A stretch of 32,348 nucleotides of DNA from a virus (taxonomy: Duplodnaviria > Heunggongvirae > Uroviricota > Caudoviricetes): the IMG/VR virus record IMGVR_UViG_2537562189_000010. One strand, given 5' to 3'. Positions within the stretch are counted from its first letter, which is position 1, and every line of letters starts with the position of its first letter. The notes under the pieces were generated by a model. It saw only the letters and a program-made list of their open reading frames with translations. It was not told the origin of the DNA and did not search any database. Shown piece after piece: positions 10,551 through 19,207 of this stretch. A program made the translations under genes and the position numbers.

Positions 10551-10739
10551 GTCACCTTCCGTTAAATGCGATCGCTATACCTTCAGCGGTCTTGTTGGCG
10601 CGGGTACGGGCAAAATATTCATCCAGCCAGATGGCACGGGCGATGCTCTCTTCGTCGTCCGGCTCTCCGGGGAGGTAGTGACGCCGCAATGCCAGATACT
10701 GCTCAAGGGGATTGCGGCGGATGCTTTCGACCCGCGCGG

Positions 10740-11015
10740 TCAGTTTTTTAACTCAATCTCCAGTTTCGGGGAGTAAACCTCGTTAATCTTCTCGACGATC
10801 TGCATCTCACAGCCCGGATAACGCGCAATCAGGTCAGCCAGTGCGTCGCGGCTGGCAGGCGTCACGATGCGGTTAAGATAGGTGCTCATCGGCGCCACCT
10901 TGTTGGTCATCGTGATTTCGTTGATGAGGTTGTTAAATGCCGTTTTGTTCGGTTCAAAGCTCAGGGTTACGCCCGCAACGGACAGGATGATGGTGCCGGT
11001 GTTCTTCGTGGTCAT
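10740..11015 (-). CDS. tail assembly chaperone (P2 gpE / lambda gpG-like), with a predicted frameshift-extended form reaching about 10552
   Basis: 91 aa immediately upstream of the tape measure; slippery heptamer at its stop; open -1 frame fills the 189-nt gap to the tape measure. Confidence 0.55.
   Translation of the reverse strand: MTTKNTGTIILSVAGVTLSFEPNKTAFNNLINEITMTNKVAPMSTYLNRIVTPASRDALADLIARYPGCEMQIVEKINEVYSPKLEIELKN
10743..10749 (-). other. candidate -1 programmed frameshift heptamer A_AAA_AAC at the 3' end of the tail chaperone gene
   Basis: Minus strand reads GAG TTA AAA AAC TGA at the chaperone stop; the -1 frame stays open for about 62 codons and ends at a TGA just before the tape measure ATG (about 10552). 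Confidence 0.55.
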
Positions 11016-11305
11016 TGCAGTTTCTCCGTGTTTCGTATGGTTTCCACCAGGCTGTTATGCCTGGCGGCGCATTCGGTGTAGCGGCTCGTGAGGGTTCGCA
11101 GTGCCGCATCAAAATCAGCGCCAGTCGGGCCTGCCAGTCTCGGCAGTGTCTTCGGGCATTCCGTCAGCTGGTTTTCCTGCCAGGGTACGTTCAGCGGCTT
11201 CAGCACGGGCGTTGAACAGCCGGACGTAATCATCAGTAGCGCACACATTGCGGAATACCGGGCGGACGGTTTCCGTGTGAATAACGCGTTCAGTGTGAAT
11301 TTCAT
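11012..11305 (-). CDS. Rz1-like o-spanin lipoprotein
   Basis: 97 aa, N-terminal signal with lipobox (..LLMITSGC..), overlapping the 3' part of the Rz-like gene in another frame and extending beyond it, as with P2 lysB/lysC. Confidence 0.6.
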   Translation of the reverse strand: MKFTLNALFTRKPSARYSAMCALLMITSGCSTPVLKPLNVPWQENQLTECPKTLPRLAGPTGADFDAALRTLTSRYTECAARHNSLVETIRNTEKLQ

Positions 11306-11501
11306 TGCCCTTTAACGCCTCCAGCCGTTTTTCCAGTATGCGGGCGGACTGCTGCCCGGCTTCTGTCACCGCACGTCGCGTGGCTTCCATGGCTTCCTGT
11401 TCGGCAAGCGCCACCCTGGCGTCATGCCAGTCATGGGCCAGCCAGCCTGCCCACATGGCGGCAAAGAGGATCACCAGGCAGCCCGCCAGCTGTTTCATCA
11501 T
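11115..11501 (-). CDS. Rz-like i-spanin
   Basis: 128 aa with an N-terminal transmembrane segment (LAGCLVILFAAMWAGWLA), a charged helical periplasmic part, and the embedded Rz1-like frame. Confidence 0.6.
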   Translation of the reverse strand: MMKQLAGCLVILFAAMWAGWLAHDWHDARVALAEQEAMEATRRAVTEAGQQSARILEKRLEALKGNEIHTERVIHTETVRPVFRNVCATDDYVRLFNARAEAAERTLAGKPADGMPEDTAETGRPDWR

Positions 11502-11836
11502 TTCACCCCGTTGTGCTCAAGGCTGAAATGATTGCCGTCTGCCCGGCTGAAGCGTCCGCCCCATGTGCCGCCGATGGATTCCCAGTATTCCCCCAGCGGC
11601 CTGTAGGCGTCGGTGTCGGTCTGGTATTCGCCGTTAATAAACAGGTTGAAGTCCACCGCGAGGCGCAGGGTGTGAAGGCTGTTGCGGATGCCTTTTCCGG
11701 TTTTCGCATTCAGTGCTGCCTGCTCCGGCGTGCGGTATGCCTCACCGAAGGTCAGGCGATAGCCGTGCTCCTGCGCCCAGTGAATAAGGTCGGCAATCAT
11801 GACGGCAAACAGCTGTTGTTTTTCGCTCAGTTTCAT
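11498..11836 (-). CDS. endolysin, peptidase M15 / VanY-like (L-alanyl-D-glutamate peptidase type)
   Basis: 112 aa with SLHTLRLAVDFNLF and DGNHFSLEH, resembling the zinc-binding H..D...H signature of M15 cell-wall peptidases; sits in the lysis cassette. Confidence 0.65.
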   Translation of the reverse strand: MKLSEKQQLFAVMIADLIHWAQEHGYRLTFGEAYRTPEQAALNAKTGKGIRNSLHTLRLAVDFNLFINGEYQTDTDAYRPLGEYWESIGGTWGGRFSRADGNHFSLEHNGVK

Positions 11837-12588
11837 CAGTCACTCCTCTGTTCCGTCCCCGTAAGGCGCGCCTGTGCCACGCTGAAATAGTGGGCGTTCA
11901 GTTCAATACCCGTAAAACGGCAGCCCCGGCGAAGGGCGGCCACGCCCGTGGTGCCGGACCCCATAAACGGATCGAGGATCAGCCCTCCGGGTTCACACAC
12001 GCGCACAAGCTCATCCATCAACGATTCCGGTTTACCTGTCGGGTGCTGTTTCTCCTGTGGGCGTGTGTGGTGCGTGGTGCAGCCGTCGAACGGCCCGGAA
12101 GGGGATTTGCCCAGCGCGCCTTTACTGCCCCAGACCACATATTCGCACTGGTGACGAAAATAACCGGTATGCGGTGTTCTTGAGGCCCGTCCCTTGTTCC
12201 ATGCCACGATCCCCCGCCAGGTAAAGCCGGCGGCCTGGAATGCGTCCGTCAGCGCGGGCAACTGCCGCCAGTCGGTGAAGACCAGGGCGTAACCACCGGG
12301 TCGTACCGTGCGCCATGCCTGTGTCATCCACAGATGCGTCCAGTATTCCCATGAACGGGCGTCCATGTTCTCGCCTTCGAAGCCTTCAAAGCGGTGAAGA
12401 TCTTCATCGTTGATGTATTTGGCGTGGCTGCCCTGGCATGTCCGCCCCGCCTTGTGTGTGGCACCTGAACTGTATGGCGGGTCTGTGATGAGCGCGTCCA
12501 CACTGTTTTCCGGCAGCATCCGCAGAACGTCATGCGCCTGCGCGTGATACAGGCTCAGGGAAGGCGAAATGTAAGGCTTATGGGTCAT
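11836..12588 (-). CDS. orphan DNA methyltransferase, beta-class (probably N6-adenine)
   Basis: 250 aa; catalytic motif IV ALITDPPYSSG precedes AdoMet motif I ILDPFMGSGTTGVAA; no restriction endonuclease gene adjacent. Confidence 0.85.
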   Translation of the reverse strand: MTHKPYISPSLSLYHAQAHDVLRMLPENSVDALITDPPYSSGATHKAGRTCQGSHAKYINDEDLHRFEGFEGENMDARSWEYWTHLWMTQAWRTVRPGGYALVFTDWRQLPALTDAFQAAGFTWRGIVAWNKGRASRTPHTGYFRHQCEYVVWGSKGALGKSPSGPFDGCTTHHTRPQEKQHPTGKPESLMDELVRVCEPGGLILDPFMGSGTTGVAALRRGCRFTGIELNAHYFSVAQARLTGTEQRSD

Positions 12589-12883
12589 TTCTGCGTTCCT
12601 TCTGCTTCAGGTAGCGGTCTGCCAGACGGCAAAAGCATTCTTCAATAAAGGCACTGCCCATAATGCCCAGCGCGCACGCCAGACCGACCACAACCAGTTC
12701 CGGCATATCCGGAAATTTAAACAGCGGAATGGCGGCAACCGGCGCCACGGCAGAGCCCATAATCATTCGCCCGATAAGCAGACGGGCTGTGATGCGATCG
12801 CGGCTCACCATGAGACGCCCCAGCCCGATGGCGGCACCGATGATAATCAGTTTTGCCAGGAGTGAAGTCTGACCGTCCGGCAT
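12578..12883 (-). CDS. holin (three predicted transmembrane segments)
   Basis: 101 aa, hydrophobic segments LLAKLIIIGAAIGLG, MIMGSAVAPVAAIPLF, LVVVGLACALGIMGSAFI with a charged C-terminus; directly upstream of the methyltransferase and endolysin. Confidence 0.6.
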   Translation of the reverse strand: MPDGQTSLLAKLIIIGAAIGLGRLMVSRDRITARLLIGRMIMGSAVAPVAAIPLFKFPDMPELVVVGLACALGIMGSAFIEECFCRLADRYLKQKERRNDP

Positions 12884-12887
12884 GGCA

Positions 12888-13379
12888 TCACCCCTTCAGA
12901 TCGCGGGTGTCACGGGCTGACAGGTAGGGCACGCCGTCAATGCTGATAAAGTCCGGGCTTGTGACCATGAACTTGATTTTTTTCGTGGTCTTTCCGGCTT
13001 CGCCTGCGCTGATGTTCACCACGTCCGACAACATGGGGACGCAGCCGAATACCTCGATTTTTTCCTCCTCGCTGCCGTTGTTGGCATAAAAGAGAAAATC
13101 CTTTTCAGGAATGGCACGCCATGACCCCGCAGAGCGGGCCACAGCACCAAACTTTTTAAAGTTCTGCGCGTCGACTTCCACCTCCACATCGGCAGAAACG
13201 GAACCACGGGTATAACCGTTCGGCACGCCGCGTGTCTGTGCCACGGCGCTGTTGTCGGTGATGGTGACGGTGGCGCTTTCCACGTGGATCATGATCCCGT
13301 CGTAGTTGATATCAAACGCGCCGCCGCTGATACGTTCATTTCCGGCCATGTCAGATCTCCAGTGCTGTGTCGAGTTCAA
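12888..13379 (-). CDS. putative tail tube protein; probable start at Met11 (about 13349)
   Basis: About 153-163 aa immediately after the sheath candidate; the sheath-tube pair is typical for contractile tails; no diagnostic motif. Confidence 0.45.
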   Translation of the reverse strand: MNSTQHWRSDMAGNERISGGAFDINYDGIMIHVESATVTITDNSAVAQTRGVPNGYTRGSVSADVEVEVDAQNFKKFGAVARSAGSWRAIPEKDFLFYANNGSEEEKIEVFGCVPMLSDVVNISAGEAGKTTKKIKFMVTSPDFISIDGVPYLSARDTRDLKG

Positions 13380-14496
13380 TACTTACGCCAATGGCTTTTG
13401 CGCTCTCGTAGGGGCGTACCACAATGTAAATCTGCACGTGTGTACTGCTGGTCCAGACGATGGTGATATCCCCGTCCTGTGGCGGTTTAACCTCGCCGGG
13501 GAACGGTACGCCGTTAATCTCTGTGGCGAGCGCCATTTCACGCAGCGTGCGGCTGAAATATGTCTGGCTGGCGGCAATGCTGCCCGGTGTGCTGTTGAGC
13601 GCGCGATCCGCAAGGCGGGCAATGGCACGCAGACGTACACGGCGGGAGACCTTATCCACCACGCGCACGTTTTCGATGACCTGGTAATCGCCCCCCTCCA
13701 CATCAAGGGTGCGTCCGTCTGACCAGTAGAGCCCGTCGAAATCGTGATACCACATGGGCACGCTGAAGCGTTTGCCTTCCAGCGAGCGTAGCGTGGCCAG
13801 CTCAAGGGGCTGTTTCTTGCCGTCCTGCGGGATCTCATCGTTACCCATCGCCACCAGAGCACCGGTTGCCACGCGTGCCGGGCTGTCCGCAACGGTGACA
13901 GAAGGATTACAGAGACGGCCCGCCAGTACGCCGGGCTCATTTCCCCATAAGCGGGGAACCACCATCACGCCAGGTGCTGCCACGCCGTCCTGCATGGCAC
14001 TGATGCGGGTGACGTATGCCGCCCATGCCTCATCCCTGCCCGGTCCGGCCACGCACAGCATGAACCAGACAAAACGGCCATAAGCGGACTGAAGCAGGGC
14101 GCGGGTTTCGGTGGCGCGGTTAACGGCATCTTTAGCCGTGATGTCAATGGCAATCACCACGCCTTCGGCAGAAGCAATGGTCTGCGCTTTTTTCACCGCG
14201 TCCACCCATGCGGCGTTAGCGTCGCCGCCCTCCGGTGTCGGGGGTTTGGGTTCAGACAGAACGTGAACATAGGCAAACCAGTTCTGGCCACCGTTGGCGA
14301 TTGCGGCGGTAAGCGTGGATTTAAGCAGGCTTTCATCCGGTCCCAGCACGTCGTCCAGGTCGGTCTCAGGGGAGACGGAAAGGGTGTTACCTGTGTTCTT
14401 TTTGCCATAGCCCACAAAAAGCAGCGTGCGCTCCACTTCACGGGTGGCACCGTTGAAACGGTTCTGATGGCTTACGGTTACATTCGGCCAGCTCAC
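13351..14496 (-). CDS. putative tail sheath protein
   Basis: 381 aa between the tail completion genes and the tube candidate; size and position fit a sheath (P2 FI is about 396 aa). Confidence 0.45.
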   Translation of the reverse strand: MSWPNVTVSHQNRFNGATREVERTLLFVGYGKKNTGNTLSVSPETDLDDVLGPDESLLKSTLTAAIANGGQNWFAYVHVLSEPKPPTPEGGDANAAWVDAVKKAQTIASAEGVVIAIDITAKDAVNRATETRALLQSAYGRFVWFMLCVAGPGRDEAWAAYVTRISAMQDGVAAPGVMVVPRLWGNEPGVLAGRLCNPSVTVADSPARVATGALVAMGNDEIPQDGKKQPLELATLRSLEGKRFSVPMWYHDFDGLYWSDGRTLDVEGGDYQVIENVRVVDKVSRRVRLRAIARLADRALNSTPGSIAASQTYFSRTLREMALATEINGVPFPGEVKPPQDGDITIVWTSSTHVQIYIVVRPYESAKAIGVSIELDTALEI

Positions 14497-14507
14497 GGTG
14501 TGACTCC

Positions 14508-15218
14508 TTATCTGATATCCTGTGCGTCAACGTCCAGGCCGTAGCCCATTGCGTTCATCTGGCGTGCCAGGATGTGTGAAAATTCTTCGTTTGTTACCCC
14601 CAGAAAGACGCGCGACGGAAGGGTAATGGTCCATGTCCTGGCCTTCTGCTGACGTGGTCCGGCGATAATCTGATCCTCCATAACGGTGATCAGCAACCCG
14701 GCCTGCGCCCGCGAAAGCGTTAACAGGTATTTCATGGATGCTTTCCGCCAGCGCCCCTTCTGACGTACCTTAAAGCCCAGCTCCCGCAGTCGTTTTGCCT
14801 GTCGGCGGGTGGCGGTCTGCCCGCTCTGGTCCTGACCGCTGAAGCTGTCAGCACTGACCCGGATTTCTGCGCCGTTGTGGTGAACCCAGCCCACGGCACC
14901 GGCACTGATGCGGCTCCTGCCACTGGTGTGATTGCCGTTACGGAAATAAACCTTTACGGCATCCTGTCCGGGCATCTCACGGACCGCCAGAAGACGCGGC
15001 AGCTTTCTGAACATTTTCCCCTTGCCGCGTTTCCGGGGTGCCCATGCTGTGCCGTCCGGCGCGGTCTGATCGCGCTGATGGCGTCTGGCTGCGGCGATAA
15101 TGCCGTGCCGGGCAATACGCCATAACAGGCGACGGCGTTTTTTCGGGGGCAGATCCAGCGACTGAAGCATCGCCTGCGCTTCTGCCAGCTGCTGCGGGTT
15201 CAGCTGGCCGCTTATCAT
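14508..15218 (-). CDS. virion morphogenesis / tail completion protein (P2 gpS-like)
   Basis: 236 aa, very basic, start overlaps the stop of the upstream gene; position after gpL- and gpR-like genes. Confidence 0.45.
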   Translation of the reverse strand: MISGQLNPQQLAEAQAMLQSLDLPPKKRRRLLWRIARHGIIAAARRHQRDQTAPDGTAWAPRKRGKGKMFRKLPRLLAVREMPGQDAVKVYFRNGNHTSGRSRISAGAVGWVHHNGAEIRVSADSFSGQDQSGQTATRRQAKRLRELGFKVRQKGRWRKASMKYLLTLSRAQAGLLITVMEDQIIAGPRQQKARTWTITLPSRVFLGVTNEEFSHILARQMNAMGYGLDVDAQDIR

Positions 15219-15688
15219 TCGCGGCTCCTGCTGACAAACAGATCCATGGTTTCCGCCGTCCAGATTTCAGGGTTAACCAGTGTCCAGCGTTTCCCCCTGT
15301 ACGGAACGGGGCCGTCCTCCTGCACCCGGATGATCAGCGGGTCAGCCAGTCCCACCGTGATGTCGAGAAGGCACGAGTCCTCATCGTTAAACTGCGGGTC
15401 GACGTTCACATCCTCCGGGCGGAATTCCTCCCTCAGCGGGTCCGCGTGCTCTTCCAGCCAGGCCATGACCAGCGCGTAAACCAGCCCCGGTGAGTATTTG
15501 CGGAACGGGAAGTTATCCCATGCGATCACGCCGGTGTACGTCATCACGCCCATGCGGATCTGGTCGTTACCCAGTGCCTTCTGACTTCGGATAAGTTGCG
15601 CGTCTTCCTGACTGCTCATGAAGAACTGCATGGCGTCAGACGGCAGATTTTCGGTAATGAAGGCGGTCAGGCTTTCCAGCTGGTTCAT
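15215..15688 (-). CDS. tail completion protein (P2 gpR-like)
   Basis: 157 aa, coupled to both neighbours; size close to P2 gpR. Confidence 0.4.
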   Translation of the reverse strand: MNQLESLTAFITENLPSDAMQFFMSSQEDAQLIRSQKALGNDQIRMGVMTYTGVIAWDNFPFRKYSPGLVYALVMAWLEEHADPLREEFRPEDVNVDPQFNDEDSCLLDITVGLADPLIIRVQEDGPVPYRGKRWTLVNPEIWTAETMDLFVSRSRE

Positions 15689-16158
15689 ATGATGTGCACT
15701 CCCGCGCGTCTGTGCCCCAGCATGTTACGCATGACCAGCGAGGCTTCAGCCAGTAAGGTGGCGCGTGTGTCCTCGCTTTCCTGCCCCGGATAGGTTTCAC
15801 GGCGACCAATGGTGGCGAACTCGCCCATAAGATCGGCCTTGGCACGGGCATAAACGGCCTTTTTGTACTGTGCGACCAGCTGGGTTTCATCGCCCAGCCT
15901 GGCCCCCGGTACGTCTGCGGCGCGTTCATGCCCCTGCGCCTTCCAGTGCACCACAACCGGCGCCAGCGTGGTGTTCACCTCGGCCACTGCGGCAAGCAGC
16001 GCCATGGCCGCCGTGTCGTCGGGTAAATCAGCCGGAAGCGTGCGTGACCCCTGAAGCTCAGCCAGATCAAGGTCCGGCCAGAACGGCTCGCCGTTTGTCA
16101 CCGTCTGCGGTGTGGATTTCAGCGGTTTACCGCTGACGCTGAAGCTCGGTTCGCTCAT
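15685..16158 (-). CDS. L: head completion / stabilisation protein (P2 gpL-like); start placed at Met18 (MSEPSF...)
   Basis: ORF track 15685..16209; internal Met preceded by a GAGG Shine-Dalgarno gives about 157 aa; follows the small terminase gene as in P2. Confidence 0.55.
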   Translation of the reverse strand: MSEPSFSVSGKPLKSTPQTVTNGEPFWPDLDLAELQGSRTLPADLPDDTAAMALLAAVAEVNTTLAPVVVHWKAQGHERAADVPGARLGDETQLVAQYKKAVYARAKADLMGEFATIGRRETYPGQESEDTRATLLAEASLVMRNMLGHRRAGVHII

Positions 16159-16265
16159 GACGTGCCTCATATGAATAAAAAGGCGGGCTGTCCGGGATTC
16201 CACGGCCATACAGTTTCCGTCACTGATGCCTCCTCCCGCGCCCGCCCGGCCCTGCGGGTAGTCGT

Positions 16266-16964
16266 TTACGCTGCATTAAGGGCGCTGATGCGTGCCCTGA
16301 TGCGCGCCCTGATACTTTTTACGCCAGCGGTACGGCTCAGTGCTGCCGCCTGTGCCAGGTATGCGTCTGCCTTTTCCAGTACGGCAGTATCATTAATCGC
16401 GGTGGCTCTCGGTTTGCCCGCCTCGTCGCGCAGAAGATACAGCCCGGCAAATCTGAACCACTTCGCGCGGATTTCCTCATGCAGCCGCCACGAGGTGGTG
16501 ACGTTCCTGAAGGTGCGCGAAAAATACGGTTCTATGCTGTGTCCGGCCTCGCTGTTGTCAGTGGCCCACTGCAGCACCGTGTCTGCCACGAAGGCGGGCA
16601 GGGTGCTGCGGAAGTTGTCCGGTGTGGCCTGGCCTTCACTGATGGCAATGTCTGCCCAGTCAAGGGCGCGACTCAGGTCGCCCGTGTCGAACAGCCAGAT
16701 GATGCAGTACACCAGTACCGGACAGGCGTGGCGCTTTCCGTCAGCGATATAGCGCTCCGCGACGGGCAGCCAGCGCGGCAGGAGAATGTCGCGCTTGAAC
16801 GCCAGCCGCTCTTCGCGGACCGGAAGACTGCGCAGCCGTGCCACATCGCGATCAAGCTCCGCGCGTAACAGGTGGAAGCTGACCGGGGAGGCCGTCAGCG
16901 CCTCCCGGCGTTCGAGTGCCTCCTGTGTGCGGATTTTCGCCCGGTGCCGCTGGCAGGGTGTCAT
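16266..16964 (-). CDS. M: terminase small / endonuclease subunit (P2 gpM-like); start placed at Met53 (MTPCQRH...)
   Basis: ORF track 16266..17120 begins at a GTG inside the capsid gene; first ATG gives about 232 aa directly after the capsid stop; P2 order O-N-M-L. Confidence 0.6.
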   Translation of the reverse strand: MTPCQRHRAKIRTQEALERREALTASPVSFHLLRAELDRDVARLRSLPVREERLAFKRDILLPRWLPVAERYIADGKRHACPVLVYCIIWLFDTGDLSRALDWADIAISEGQATPDNFRSTLPAFVADTVLQWATDNSEAGHSIEPYFSRTFRNVTTSWRLHEEIRAKWFRFAGLYLLRDEAGKPRATAINDTAVLEKADAYLAQAAALSRTAGVKSIRARIRARISALNAA

Positions 16965-16981
16965 TGCGCCGCCCTCCGTCC

Positions 16982-18001
16982 TCAGCCGCCGACGCCCGGT
17001 ACGGCTTCTGCGCCCTTGATGGTCAGTTTGTCGTAGGCCGCGTAAATTTCGTCGTGCTCCACGGCGTAACCTTCCATGCGCAGATAGTTGTTTTCGAAAC
17101 GCTTGCGATCGTCGTTCCACTCTGCACGGCGCTGACGGGTACCGCGCTGCGTGTAGATGTGAAGGTTCGCCAGCGTGGTGACAATCAGACGGCCTTCCGG
17201 CATAAACGGCGGGGTGTATGCCGTCAGTCCGGCGATCTGGCGACCGATAAGCTGTGCGGCCACTTTTTCGGTGGGGGCGTCGATGGCGTTAAGCAGCGTC
17301 ACCTTGTCCTGTGCCACAAGATCGGGGGCTACCAGTACCACCAGATCCGGATGACCACGATACGACTCATCAATGAGGGTGTGCACGAGATCTGCCACGG
17401 CTGCATCCAGCCCGATAAAGTCGCCACCCTTGCCCAGCGTCGGGCCAGCCTCCACGATCTGTTTTGCGCTTCGGGCTTTGACGATGGCATGCCAGCCGGT
17501 GTTGACGTCCTCGCCGTTTTTGTTGGTTACCGGGTCAGTATTTTCGGCCACGCTGGTACCGTTAAAGGCGATGCGCAGGATATCCAGCGCGATCTGTCTG
17601 TTAACAAAATTCTGAATGCGGTTAAAGAACTCGTTTTCACTTCCTGCGTTCGCCCAGGTGACCAGTGTGGTGTACAGGAGGTGGGCGCCGGAATCGGTTT
17701 CAGCCAGCTTGTATTCATTCCCGGTAACACCCAGCTGAATGGTGAAGCGTCCGTCCTTTTTACGTCCGGTGTGGAGGCCCGGCGTGCCGGTGGTGACCAC
17801 CTGGCCTGTCACCTGTTCAACATCCAGCACGTTCGGCAGTTTTGATAAAAACTCGTCGGAGTGCATGATGGCGTCACGTAGCGCGGTCTCCTTCGGGTCA
17901 GACAGCGCAAAATAGCGTGTGACGTCGTCAACCCCGTTTGCCGCACCCAGCCCGGCAGCGTACTTACGAAGCAGTGATTCGGTTTTCTGGTTCAGTTGCA
18001 T
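16982..18001 (-). CDS. N: major capsid protein (P2 gpN-like)
   Basis: 339 aa; C-terminal half (GGDFIGLDAAVADLVHTLIDESYRGHPDLVVLVAPDLVAQDK ... ANLHIY ... NYLRMEGYAVEHD) closely parallels P2 gpN as recalled. Confidence 0.85.
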   Translation of the reverse strand: MQLNQKTESLLRKYAAGLGAANGVDDVTRYFALSDPKETALRDAIMHSDEFLSKLPNVLDVEQVTGQVVTTGTPGLHTGRKKDGRFTIQLGVTGNEYKLAETDSGAHLLYTTLVTWANAGSENEFFNRIQNFVNRQIALDILRIAFNGTSVAENTDPVTNKNGEDVNTGWHAIVKARSAKQIVEAGPTLGKGGDFIGLDAAVADLVHTLIDESYRGHPDLVVLVAPDLVAQDKVTLLNAIDAPTEKVAAQLIGRQIAGLTAYTPPFMPEGRLIVTTLANLHIYTQRGTRQRRAEWNDDRKRFENNYLRMEGYAVEHDEIYAAYDKLTIKGAEAVPGVGG

Positions 18002-18012
18002 GTTGCGTATCC

Positions 18013-19062
18013 TTAAACAAAGTCAAACGGTTTTTCGCTTTCTGCCGGTGTGCCAGCCGGGCGTGGCGTGATGCCGGTTGCTGACAGCTTCGTGGTCAGG
18101 TCGTTAAGTTTTTCGGCAATGGCTTTGATTTCTTCTTTGTCGGTGTCGGCCTGGCGACGGGCGGCAAAGCGGCGGTAACGTTCGCCTTTTTCCGGTGTGA
18201 TGGTGCTGAAGGCTTTGATGGCGTCTTCCAGCTTCGCTTTTGCAGCGGTAAAGGCTTCGGCCTTAACCTCGTCTTCCGGGGCGGCTTTCACTTCTTCTGC
18301 CAGCTCTGCCACCTCTGCGGCGGCGTCGGCGATTTCGGCGGCGATTTCCGCGACTTCGGCTTTTGCTTCTTCCGGCGTGTCTGCTGTGCCCTCGCCAGTG
18401 GCAGCGGCGCTGCCGCCTTCCACCAGGGTGATCAGCTTTTCAAGCAGTGCTTTAATTTCGTCCATTTTTGCGTCCTCGCCTGTATCAGGCTTACTGGTAT
18501 CGGTGTTGTCGGTCTGTCCTGCGCTGAACAGGCGTTTCAGGAATGATTCAGGTTTACGGGGGGCAGGGGTGGTGTCCGGTGACAGGCTGCCCAGCGTGAA
18601 CGTCTGGCAGTTCGCCCGCTGTGCCGTGTATTCCTCGTTGTTCAGGGTGAAGCGTATTTTTTCCGTCCCCAGACTGGCGGGGATATCCGTCACCGCCACA
18701 CCCATGAGATAGTCGCGTCCGCTTTTGGCAAAGTTCGGTATTAATTCGGCTGATGTGAAGAGTTTTTGCCCCAGCCTGTTGGCTTCAATCAGGTACTGAT
18801 TAGGGACCAGTCGCGCGTAAAGACGGGTTTTACCGTCCTCGCGGGTTTCCACTTTCAGCGCGTCCACTTCGCCCAGATTGAAGGTGTACTGGCGGTAACT
18901 GGTGTCGTTCTCATGGCAGGGCCACAGCATCGCCGTGTAGGTGTTGCGGGAATAGGTTTCAGCGGCATCAATCAGCCACTGCGGATCAATTTCGCGACCG
19001 TCAGCGGTCGGCCCTGATGTGGCGATGCATGTCCAGTCGGTCATCAACGTTGGCTGCGGCAT
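18013..19062 (-). CDS. O: capsid scaffolding protein (P2 gpO-like); start at Met65 (MPQPTLMTD...)
   Basis: ORF track 18013..19254; the ATG at 19062 has an AAGAGG Shine-Dalgarno; ...ELIPNFAKSGRDYLMGVAVTDIPASLGTE... resembles P2 gpO; Ala/Glu-rich coiled C-terminus. Confidence 0.75.
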   Translation of the reverse strand: MPQPTLMTDWTCIATSGPTADGREIDPQWLIDAAETYSRNTYTAMLWPCHENDTSYRQYTFNLGEVDALKVETREDGKTRLYARLVPNQYLIEANRLGQKLFTSAELIPNFAKSGRDYLMGVAVTDIPASLGTEKIRFTLNNEEYTAQRANCQTFTLGSLSPDTTPAPRKPESFLKRLFSAGQTDNTDTSKPDTGEDAKMDEIKALLEKLITLVEGGSAAATGEGTADTPEEAKAEVAEIAAEIADAAAEVAELAEEVKAAPEDEVKAEAFTAAKAKLEDAIKAFSTITPEKGERYRRFAARRQADTDKEEIKAIAEKLNDLTTKLSATGITPRPAGTPAESEKPFDFV

Positions 19063-19207
19063 CGTGGCCTCTTTTACGTGAAAATCTGAAGAACTCCGGT
19101 GAGTGTCGGGATTTTTACAGCGGGGGGCTACTGGCTGAATTCGGCTGTCTTCGGATAACGCGGGATAGCCGAACACAGCCGAAATTTTCTGCCTGAATGC
19201 GGGCCGG
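19063..19207. promoter_or_regulatory. divergent late-promoter region between the scaffold and large terminase genes
   Basis: 145-bp gap between divergent operons, as at the P2 P/O junction; contains imperfect inverted repeat TTCGGATAACGCGGGATAGCCGAA. Promoter elements not resolved. Confidence 0.4.

Noticed and set aside
16916-18712. Plus-strand ORFs 16916..17845 (309 aa) and 18197..18712 (171 aa) antisense to the capsid and scaffold genes
   Set aside because: The capsid and scaffold calls on the minus strand are strongly supported; the antisense frames are compositionally biased and lack start contexts.
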